Below are positions 1 to 6,079 of a stretch of 6,178 nt of DNA, in pieces. The DNA comes from a virus: the IMG/VR virus record IMGVR_UViG_3300029474_000071. The stretch is one strand, 5' to 3'. Every line of letters starts with the position of its first letter. Positions within the stretch are counted from its first letter, which is position 1. Below the pieces are notes generated by a model that was not told where the DNA came from, did not search any database, and was given only the letters and a program-made list of their open reading frames with translations. A program made the translations under genes and the position numbers.

Positions 1-99
1 TCACACCACAAAGATAATACAAAAATATAAGCCAACCAAATAAATGACTGACTTTAACACTTCTTTAACACTTCTTCATCAGCATTGCTAATAAAAAAT
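1..99. repeat. Terminal direct repeat, left copy (identical to 6080-6178); signature of a circular contig
   Basis: Base-by-base comparison of tcacaccacaaagataatac...gcattgctaataaaaaat shows it is identical at both ends. Confidence 0.97.
52..73. repeat. Perfect 11-bp tandem repeat x2 (ctttaacactt), upstream of the candidate promoter; also present at 6131-6152
   Basis: Read directly: 52-62 equals 63-73. On the coding strand this is aagtgttaaag aagtgttaaag, just upstream of the -33 element. Confidence 0.85.
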
Positions 100-118
100 G
101 AGAGAAGGGGTCGGTTTG

Positions 119-179
119 GTTCTTTGCCGAGACAAAGAACAGCCTGATACTACTACACGTCTCGACCGGGTCGAGCGTG
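119..179. other. Two stable stem-loops in the GC-rich non-coding block
   Basis: gttctttg (119-126) / caaagaac (133-140) forms an 8-bp stem with a 6-nt loop. cacg-t-ctcgac (156-166) / gtcgagcgtg (170-179) forms a 10-bp stem with one bulged t and a 3-nt loop. Confidence 0.75.
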
Positions 180-263
180 CTTGAGTGACGAGCTGGGAGA
201 GCGAGGAACGGCCGAACAAAGTGAGGAAAATAATGAGTTGCGAAGCAACACCTACATGTGTAG

Positions 264-292
264 CGAGAACCTCGAGAACCTCGAGAACTTCG
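264..292. repeat. 9-bp tandem repeat x3 (cgagaacct, cgagaacct, cgagaactt, then cg), 4 nt downstream of the VP4 stop; candidate iterons
   Basis: Read directly from the sequence. The junctions create two CTCGAG palindromes (271-276 and 280-285) that can also pair with each other across a 3-nt loop. Confidence 0.85.
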
Positions 293-296
293 TGCG

Positions 297-1301
297 TCAG
301 AATGGACAGCAACCAATCTCGTAGTTGTTAATTCTCTCTGCTGTTTGTCTGTCGATATATTCGTTCATATTTCTTCGTTTTCTGTACATACTTCTTTGTT
401 TTTCCAGTCTTCGCCAATACTGTTTTTCTTTCCATAGAGCTATATTGTCTCCGTGTATCTGTTTTGCTTGTTCTCTGTAGTAGCTTAGGAGATTCTTGTA
501 CTCATCTGAATCTATCTTGCACTTTTCCCCCATCACCCATGTATCACCCTTATCTAATTTCTGTAGCCAAAGTAACTCTTTTTCTTCTTCACTATAAATC
601 TTGTCGCGGTAATATCTTGGCATCATTGCTCTAGTGCCATTTTTAAAGACGTAATATTCTCTTGTATTCTTCCCGTTATATCTGTTAAATCTCCAATCTC
701 CGCGTTCGAAGTATTGTTTTCCCATTCCTGCACTTGTTAACACTTTCCCTGTAAACTCTCTATTGTTTAAATCGTCTTTTAACATATACTTGCTTATGTA
801 ATTAATTGTTTTTTCGTTTACGAAGTTTCCAATAAATACATATCCGTAATTCCACTTCTCGATCGTCAACTCTGCTGCTTCTTTCCCGAAAAATATTCCG
901 TGTAAGTGTATTCTTCCTCTGTCTTCTCCTAGCTCTGTTACGCACCAGTGTTTTAATGATTTTCCTGTTTTCTTTCTGCATCGCTCTAGGAACTTTCTTA
1001 GCGCTAGTGTTGCTATATTGTTCTCGTTCCCCTTGATGGATTTAATTTCTAGTTCGTTTTTCAACATCTCTAAATTATCGTCATCAATTGTTAATGTTAT
1101 AAAATAGCTCTTGTTGTGTCTGATTTCTTCTGCTAGTCTAATTCTCCATTCTCTAGCTTTCTTTTTTCTACACTCGTAGCATTTCCCGCATGCTACCGGC
1201 ACATAATTCAGCCTTGCATCATGTGGAGAGGGTTTGTAGTACCCCCTCTTTTTCGATGTCCTGTACTTAGGATTTGGAATTAATTTTGGATATAAACACA
1301 T
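297..1301 (-). CDS. VP4: Microviridae replication initiation protein VP4 (HUH rolling-circle endonuclease, phiX174 gpA-like), 334 aa
   Basis: The N-terminus has four Cys (C2, C38-x2-C41-x2-C44: VACGKCYECR). RCR motif I is FITLT (aa 67-71). Motif II is HLH (aa 132-134; codons checked at 908-900). Motif III is YISKY (Tyr168/Tyr172; codons checked at 800-798 and 788-786). Confidence 0.93.
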   Translation of the reverse strand: MCLYPKLIPNPKYRTSKKRGYYKPSPHDARLNYVPVACGKCYECRKKKAREWRIRLAEEIRHNKSYFITLTIDDDNLEMLKNELEIKSIKGNENNIATLALRKFLERCRKKTGKSLKHWCVTELGEDRGRIHLHGIFFGKEAAELTIEKWNYGYVFIGNFVNEKTINYISKYMLKDDLNNREFTGKVLTSAGMGKQYFERGDWRFNRYNGKNTREYYVFKNGTRAMMPRYYRDKIYSEEEKELLWLQKLDKGDTWVMGEKCKIDSDEYKNLLSYYREQAKQIHGDNIALWKEKQYWRRLEKQRSMYRKRRNMNEYIDRQTAERINNYEIGCCPF

Positions 1302-1302
1302 A

Positions 1303-2415
1303 TTACTTAATCATTGCTGTTCCTACTATCTGACCAATTTTCTGTACACTCTCTAGGCTTCTTAGGATTATATCTGCTATAAGCCTTGTTTCTTCTAAAT
1401 TAAGTTTTTTCTCTGTAAATTTATTTTCCTTGTTCCATTGCTCAATCTGTGCCTCAATTTGTTTTCTGACATTTTCTCGCTGTCCCTCCCAATTTTCAAC
1501 CTGTTTTCCCCATAATTGTAATTGGCCGTCGATGGTTTTTATATTTTCTTCGGTAAATTTGGCATTTGCTGCTGCTTCTATTGATTTCATCGTATTTAGG
1601 CGTATCTCTGAATCGATTTTCTTTTGCAACGAGTTTTTTATGATTGTTTTTTGTTCGTTGTCTAGGTTTATTCCGTCAATTTCGGATACTAATTTGTCGA
1701 ATTCCTTAAATAGAACATGTTCTTGAACTTTTAAATTTAATCTTTCTTGGTCTGTTTTTGCTGCTAGACTTTCGCTTAGCTCTCTAGCCGCCTTGAGTGA
1801 TTCTTCGTATGCCTTTCCCACGTAATATTGTTGTTTTTCTGAGGGTATTTTTGCGATAATTTCATCGATTTTCGCTTCGCTCTCTTTGATTCCTTGTCTT
1901 GCTGCGTCTGTATCAACTCCTTTGATTTTATTCGCTTCTGCATATGCCTTGGCGCTCTCTGCATTCATTAAGTTTGTTTGTGCCTTGATTTGGCTTAATT
2001 GAAGTCCCATACCCACTGCTTGCGCTTGTGACAGTCCGACTCCACTACCGCTTGCTCCACCTGTGCTTCCTGTTCCTGCTCCACCACTTCCTGCGCTTCC
2101 GTACATTAATGCAGGATTTAATCCTGCTTCTTCTAGGCGTTGTTTTTGGTTTTTCGCTGAATTGTATTCTGCCGTCATTCCGAAATATTCGTTTTGACGC
2201 TGTTGGTTCCTCTGTGCCATTTCTTCGTTAAGCTTCGCTTGATAATCCATGTTTTCCAATTCATACCCGTGCTGCTTTTCCATTAATTTTTTTTGGTCGT
2301 GGTACCCTATGCCTCCACCTCCAAACAGTCCATTTACAAAACTTCCTACTCCGCTTGCTAGTCCTCCTGTGGCTGCATCGCCAATCATTCCTAGTGCATT
2401 TTTAATAAATCCCAT
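1303..2415 (-). CDS. VP2: Microviridae minor capsid / DNA pilot protein VP2 (H-like), 370 aa
   Basis: The N-terminus is Gly-rich (GDAATGGLASGVGSFVNGLFGGGG). It carries the motif RLEEAGLNPALMYG, which I recognise as typical of microvirus VP2, then a G/S-rich tract and a long heptad-like charged C-terminal half. Its position directly upstream of VP4 fits, with the stop and the VP4 ATG separated by 1 nt. Confidence 0.85.
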   Translation of the reverse strand: MGFIKNALGMIGDAATGGLASGVGSFVNGLFGGGGIGYHDQKKLMEKQHGYELENMDYQAKLNEEMAQRNQQRQNEYFGMTAEYNSAKNQKQRLEEAGLNPALMYGSAGSGGAGTGSTGGASGSGVGLSQAQAVGMGLQLSQIKAQTNLMNAESAKAYAEANKIKGVDTDAARQGIKESEAKIDEIIAKIPSEKQQYYVGKAYEESLKAARELSESLAAKTDQERLNLKVQEHVLFKEFDKLVSEIDGINLDNEQKTIIKNSLQKKIDSEIRLNTMKSIEAAANAKFTEENIKTIDGQLQLWGKQVENWEGQRENVRKQIEAQIEQWNKENKFTEKKLNLEETRLIADIILRSLESVQKIGQIVGTAMIK

Positions 2416-2624
2416 AATAATAAGTTTTTACATTGATTTCGCTCTTTCTCAAAGAGCTTTACATTATAACTAGATAATATATGCTACGTGCGTACCACCC
2501 TCTTTTAAGAGGATTCCGTGGTAAACTTATTGGACAATCTATGCCGTGCGTCCCCACGGAATCTTCGGTCTTAATGGTCGTGCACTTCACACGTATGAAC
2601 TTCGTTCACCAAAGTGGCTACATG
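2416..2624 (-). promoter_or_regulatory. Structured non-coding spacer between the scaffold-like gene and VP2 (multiple stem-loops); candidate complementary-strand origin or other cis element
   Basis: On the minus strand every ATG is followed at once by a stop, so there is no ORF. Stem-loops: 2441-2457 (gctcttt/ctc/aaagagc), 2499-2512 (cctctt-tt-aagagg), a 10-bp inverted repeat gattccgtgg (2512-2521) / ccacggaatc (2554-2563), 2579-2593 (cgtg..cacg) and 2596-2608 (tgaac/ttc/gttca). There is also an imperfect direct repeat, atgctacgtgcgtacc (2481-2496) / atgccgtgcgtcc (2541-2553). Confidence 0.55.
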
Positions 2625-2963
2625 CTAATTGAGTTCATTTTTTGAATCAATTGCACCGTTGGCTACGGCTTTCTTAACTTCTTCTTCAATACTCTTCTTC
2701 GCCTCTCGCATACCGCCTAATTCTGATATCCTACCTCTTGTTCGGTTTACTTTCTCCATCGCGTTTAATGCAATATCCCACTTATCCGTTCGGATGTCGT
2801 ATGCTGCTATTACTCCGTCCTTTCTCGGCGTATAAATTAATGGCGCGCTATCTCCGATAGGTTCGTTATTTTGCGTCATTCTGTCAATTTTTAATTCAAG
2901 CCTCTCACCTTCAACTAGAGCTGTTCCTAGTTTACTTCTGTAATTAATTCCTATTTTTTTCAT
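2625..2963 (-). CDS. Small conserved microvirus protein, putative internal scaffolding (VP3-like) protein, 112 aa from the ATG at 2963 (the ORF is open up to 3044)
   Basis: The ATG at 2963 lies 11 nt after the VP1 stop (2975-2977). The longer 139-aa form would overlap the VP1 3' end by 70 nt. The motif PLIYTPRKDGVIAAYDIRTDKWDIALNAMEKVN resembles a small protein I recall next to VP1 in gut microviruses. The functional label is tentative. Confidence 0.65.
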   Translation of the reverse strand: MKKIGINYRSKLGTALVEGERLELKIDRMTQNNEPIGDSAPLIYTPRKDGVIAAYDIRTDKWDIALNAMEKVNRTRGRISELGGMREAKKSIEEEVKKAVANGAIDSKNELN

Positions 2964-2974
2964 GTTGTAAATTA

Positions 2975-4981
2975 TTAAAGTGTTGGCATTACCTTCGCGC
3001 TCATCACGATACGTGCTTCGATATCGAATCCGATTTGTACCCAAAAATTCATACTCTGTAAGTCTGTATCTGCAAATACATAGTTATATGCTTGTGGATC
3101 GATATATGTTGAGTTGTTCAGCTTAGGTGTGTTTCCATTCCATTCGGTTTTGTAAATTCTATTCAGTACCATGAATGATTCTGGTTGCCCTACTGCAAAA
3201 TTGCCGTATGTTTTATTGTAGTTTGTCATATAGTCTATCCATGCAGGTTGTTTGCCTACGCTATACTCCTTCAATACGCCATTCGCATATATAATTTGCT
3301 CTGCATCCATTTTCCATGTAAGTAAGTCTTGAAATCCGATTTGGTCGAGTTGTGGTTTGTGGATTTGGTCAAGATTATCTAACATAATATCGAAATCGTT
3401 TCCTTGCGAGTAGTCTACTCTTGGTGTAATACTACATATACCTATTAGGTAACATGGCTCGGTTACTTTCACTGTGATATCTCCACCTTTCTTCCCGACG
3501 TTAACGCCTCGTCCTGCTAGTGTTCCTAGTGGTTCTCCCTCGGCTGCACTATTACTTACAACTTCTTGGAATTGTATTTCACTTGACATTCCGCCTTGAT
3601 ATTCAGGTATTTCGCTTCTGCTTACATAATCAGTTGTATATACTGTTTCAATCCAATCGTTGTAAGTTCCGCCACTGATTGCAATTCGGTTCAACATATT
3701 ATAAACTTTTTTCGCTAAAATCAGTGTATCAAGTTCTAATTTTCCGTCTGATACGTCTACTGCTGTGATTGCATTGATTCCATTTTCTCCATCAATCCAT
3801 TCGGTGTTAATCCAATTGTTAAAGATATCTGATTGATAAGTTTTTACGGCTAACCCTACTTGTGGATATGAACTATAAAACTCTTTTCCTAGGCTAATTA
3901 AGTCTTTCAGATATTTTTGGGTTATATTTCCCTTGCCATCTTCGTGCTGTATTAGTCCCTCTTGGCTTCCTAATGATAAGATTTCTTCTCTAGTCTTATC
4001 AATTTGCTCAAGTTCGTATTCATTCAGAGTTACCGACCCCGATGTTTTAACTCCTGTTAATCTAATGTTCCTGTATTCAGGTGCGTCGTGCCAATTTACG
4101 GGAATACTCCATACATTATTATTGTAGGATAGAGCTGCATTTCCTGCCATTTGTTTTGCTGTGATTTCGAATGTTCCTGTAACATTTGTTGCGTCTGATA
4201 AATACTCTCCTGTTAATATTAATTGGTTTATATCCCCGTCGCTTGGAAATACTGTATCTGCTATTTCGATTACATATTTAATGAGTTTGTTTTCGGCATA
4301 GTATAGATTCATGAAGCTACTGGTTACCAATTCCCACTTCTTATCCTCTCCTATTTCAGCTAGCCCCATAACTCTGATAGGTGATTGAACTGTAGTTGGA
4401 TTCTGAACTTCTGTTACATCTCCTACTCCAATTGTATAGAAATTTTCCTCCTGCTTGTTCGCATAGTAATTTTTAAAAATGTCATAATATGCAATTGCAG
4501 GAATAGCGTTGAATTTGTGTACGAAATCTAGTGAATCCGATAATTCCCTACCCTTGTTTCTGAAACCTAAATACGCTAGCAAACTACTGCTACTCCATGC
4601 ACTCTTAGAACTATCTTTCCCTAATGTTATGGCGAATTTCGGAAATTTCACCTTAGCCATATCAAGTCCTACATTTAATGCGTTATTGTGAAGGAGTGCA
4701 TTGTATAGTCTGATAGGCACCGTAAAGATGTCCATCTGAAATTTGTAGCTGCCAAATAGTGGCCCGACAGTCGGATGTGTCAGAATATGACTATTTGCTT
4801 TAATCTTGTATGTTGTACCCGGTGTTGCAAGGATTTTCATGCAGGGAACTAGTGTTCCCGGTGCTTGTGTGTTTCTCCAAATATATGAGAGGTTATGTGT
4901 ACTTCTCTCGTAGTCACGCATAGCGACTTTCATTTTGTTGTTGTCACCCAGCGTGTTTTTCCCGATAGTTTTCTTGACCAT
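2975..4981 (-). CDS. VP1: Microviridae major capsid protein VP1 (F-like), 668 aa
   Basis: It is the longest ORF. The N-terminal region (RSTHNLSYIWRNTQAPGTLVPCMKILATPGTTY...THPTVGPLFGSYKFQMDIFTVPIRLYN) matches the conserved microvirus VP1 signature as I recognise it. Size and gene position fit Alpavirinae-type VP1. Confidence 0.93.
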   Translation of the reverse strand: MVKKTIGKNTLGDNNKMKVAMRDYERSTHNLSYIWRNTQAPGTLVPCMKILATPGTTYKIKANSHILTHPTVGPLFGSYKFQMDIFTVPIRLYNALLHNNALNVGLDMAKVKFPKFAITLGKDSSKSAWSSSSLLAYLGFRNKGRELSDSLDFVHKFNAIPAIAYYDIFKNYYANKQEENFYTIGVGDVTEVQNPTTVQSPIRVMGLAEIGEDKKWELVTSSFMNLYYAENKLIKYVIEIADTVFPSDGDINQLILTGEYLSDATNVTGTFEITAKQMAGNAALSYNNNVWSIPVNWHDAPEYRNIRLTGVKTSGSVTLNEYELEQIDKTREEILSLGSQEGLIQHEDGKGNITQKYLKDLISLGKEFYSSYPQVGLAVKTYQSDIFNNWINTEWIDGENGINAITAVDVSDGKLELDTLILAKKVYNMLNRIAISGGTYNDWIETVYTTDYVSRSEIPEYQGGMSSEIQFQEVVSNSAAEGEPLGTLAGRGVNVGKKGGDITVKVTEPCYLIGICSITPRVDYSQGNDFDIMLDNLDQIHKPQLDQIGFQDLLTWKMDAEQIIYANGVLKEYSVGKQPAWIDYMTNYNKTYGNFAVGQPESFMVLNRIYKTEWNGNTPKLNNSTYIDPQAYNYVFADTDLQSMNFWVQIGFDIEARIVMSAKVMPTL

Positions 4982-4989
4982 AGTTTTAT

Positions 4990-5226
4990 TTATTTATTAT
5001 TTAACATTTCGTTTACTTTTTTTTCTGCGATATGTTCGCTTAGTTGTCCTACAATGGTCACTAACATGTCCCAGTCTATCATGTTTGCAATGTAGTCTTC
5101 TGCATTTTCTTTCGTTTTGAATTCCACTTTTGAAGCGCGATATTTTCCGCACACGATTACGAATCTTTCCTCTTCGTTTACTTTTGTTTTCTCGACTCTG
5201 AATAAGTTCATTCCGTTTCTTTCCAT
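4990..5226 (-). CDS. Small hypothetical protein (78 aa; alternative start at Met6 = 5211), immediately upstream of VP1
   Basis: Minus-strand ORF ending 8 nt before the VP1 ATG. The sequence looks globular (FRVEK..RFVIVCGKYRASKVEFKTKENAEDYI..WDMLVTIVGQL). No family could be named with confidence. Confidence 0.6.
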   Translation of the reverse strand: MERNGMNLFRVEKTKVNEEERFVIVCGKYRASKVEFKTKENAEDYIANMIDWDMLVTIVGQLSEHIAEKKVNEMLNNK

Positions 5227-5231
5227 GATTT

Positions 5232-5426
5232 TTACTTATTAAAATTGTTATTAATTCTTGTACTATCCACGCTAGTACTGTTTTCTTGTCTCTGTTCAAA
5301 AGTACCGTTATTGTTTTTCGCGATACTCATACTCATTGTGCATGCCTGCAAGAATAGGATACTTAATACTGTAGTAATGAAAGTTACTACTGCTGTAACT
5401 AATTTTTCTTTTTGTCCTTTAGTCAT
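5232..5426 (-). CDS. Small membrane-anchored protein / putative lipoprotein (64 aa from the ATG at 5426; 68 aa if the ATG at 5438 is used)
   Basis: The N-terminus MTKGQKEK is followed by a 20-residue hydrophobic span LVTAVVTFITTVLSILFLQA and then Cys (L-Q-A-C, lipobox-like). The C-terminal tail is polar and N/S/T/Q-rich. The start at 5426 gives the same ATGAnTAA overlap architecture seen at 5817-5824. Confidence 0.6.
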   Translation of the reverse strand: MTKGQKEKLVTAVVTFITTVLSILFLQACTMSMSIAKNNNGTFEQRQENSTSVDSTRINNNFNK

Positions 5427-5607
5427 ATAAATATACATTTATGTTTAATATTTTATATTTTCTTTTGTTAATCATCTTTCTCATGCTTTCTTTGCATTCC
5501 CAAATGATTTGTTCCTTTATTTTTCTTGAGGTTATAATTTCCATTTCTATGGATTTTACGACTCCCGTTTCTTTATCCGCTATAACAGCTATTGTCTTAT
5601 TTCTCAT
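5419..5607 (-). CDS. Small hypothetical protein (62 aa, basic)
   Basis: Minus-strand ORF that is translationally coupled on both sides. Its stop TAA (5421..5419) overlaps the downstream ATG at 5426 as ATGACTAA. Confidence 0.55.
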   Translation of the reverse strand: MRNKTIAVIADKETGVVKSIEMEIITSRKIKEQIIWECKESMRKMINKRKYKILNINVYLYD

Positions 5608-5824
5608 ATTCAGGACAATGTATTAAATATGTGTATCTCTTATCGTCTGACGAATTTGATCTTAGGATTAATGTGAAGTCGTAGTTTTTTACTTCCCATC
5701 CTCTTTTCTTGTATTCTTCCCCTATAGTTTTTAGACTTTTTTTACAGTCTCTAATTCTTCCTGTATAGACTTCTTGAGCATTATTCCAAGAGTCTATTCT
5801 TAATACGCTGTAAATCTTATTCAT
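5597..5824 (-). CDS. Small hypothetical protein (75 aa)
   Basis: Minus-strand ORF with its ATG at 5824 overlapping the upstream stop (ATGAATAA) and its stop overlapping the next ATG (ATGAGAAATAA). Hydrophobic and charged residues are mixed, and no family was recognised. Confidence 0.6.
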   Translation of the reverse strand: MNKIYSVLRIDSWNNAQEVYTGRIRDCKKSLKTIGEEYKKRGWEVKNYDFTLILRSNSSDDKRYTYLIHCPEYEK

Positions 5825-6038
5825 ATTGTTTAATTATATTGATTTCACAATTTTTGTACCAATAATATCCGAACAGTGTTTCAATCACTTCCCCCTGTTC
5901 ATTGCTTAATTTTGGTGATAACGCAAGTAAGTTGAATCTTTTCTTTAGTAATTCTTCGTCATCTTCGTTTAACTCTAGCTTGAGGATTAGCTTGTATGAA
6001 GCGTTTTCTTTAGCTTTTATTTCTATTTCTTTTTCCAT
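5817..6038 (-). CDS. Small hypothetical protein (73 aa, acidic), first gene of the array
   Basis: Minus-strand ORF co-oriented with all core genes. Its stop overlaps the next start as ATGAATAA (8-nt overlap). The composition looks protein-like and no family was recognised. Confidence 0.6.
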   Translation of the reverse strand: MEKEIEIKAKENASYKLILKLELNEDDEELLKKRFNLLALSPKLSNEQGEVIETLFGYYWYKNCEINIIKQYE

Positions 6039-6079
6039 AATTGTAAAATTTTTGTTGTTTAATGGTGTTTATCTCTTTC

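Larger units (their letters stand above)
1..6079 (-). other. Complete circular Microviridae (Alpavirinae-like) ssDNA phage genome unit, coding strand is the minus strand
   Basis: Exact 99-nt identity between the window ends gives a 6,079-nt circle. It carries the full microvirus core set on one strand (VP1 capsid, VP2 pilot, VP4 HUH Rep, scaffold-like protein) with near-zero intergenic spacing. Confidence 0.9.

Noticed and set aside
1-99. Terminal repeat as a biological DTR/LTR or transposon end
   Set aside because: The repeat is a direct, exact duplication that ends precisely at the window boundary, and microvirus genomes are circular ssDNA. It is best explained as assembly overlap of a circular contig. 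It should not be counted as two loci.
119-179. Hairpins downstream of VP4 as a rho-independent terminator
   Set aside because: On the coding strand neither stem is followed immediately by a U-tract; the nearest T-run is about 20 nt further on. Termination may still occur here, but the canonical signature is missing.
65-316. Minus-strand ORFs of 83 aa and 74 aa across the GC-rich block
   Set aside because: Both are R/S/C-rich and low complexity. The SRGSRGSR and LEVLEVL stretches are simply the 9-bp tandem repeat translated. The two ORFs overlap each other and the VP4 stop, and the region reads better as structured non-coding DNA.
1776-1964. 62-aa basic ORF in an alternative frame inside VP2
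   Set aside because: It is the expected by-product of the A-rich coding strand (off-frame AAA/AGA codons). It is short, with no independent start context or junction logic. It is useful as a control showing that basic off-frame ORFs arise by chance here.
2463-2478. Palindrome attat-aactag-ataat as a possible dif-like XerC/XerD site, since Bacteroidetes microviral proviruses have been proposed to integrate through host Xer recombinases
   Set aside because: It has only 5-bp arms around a 6-nt spacer in AT-rich sequence. The outer arms do not resemble the 11-bp Xer binding half-sites I know. This is too weak to call without the host dif sequence.
4982-4999. The basic ORF 4997-5299 is in the same frame as VP1, suggesting read-through to an N-terminally extended capsid protein
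   Set aside because: The two are separated by tandem stops, TAA TAA (4999..4994), then four sense codons before the VP1 ATG. A double ochre stop makes programmed read-through very unlikely.
5297-5304. A second TAnnTTTG match (TACTTTTG, minus strand) as an internal promoter for the 78-aa ORF and VP1
   Set aside because: No TTTG -33 element lies at the appropriate ~20-nt spacing upstream, and the match sits inside coding sequence. A six-specified-base motif is expected by chance in this AT-rich genome.
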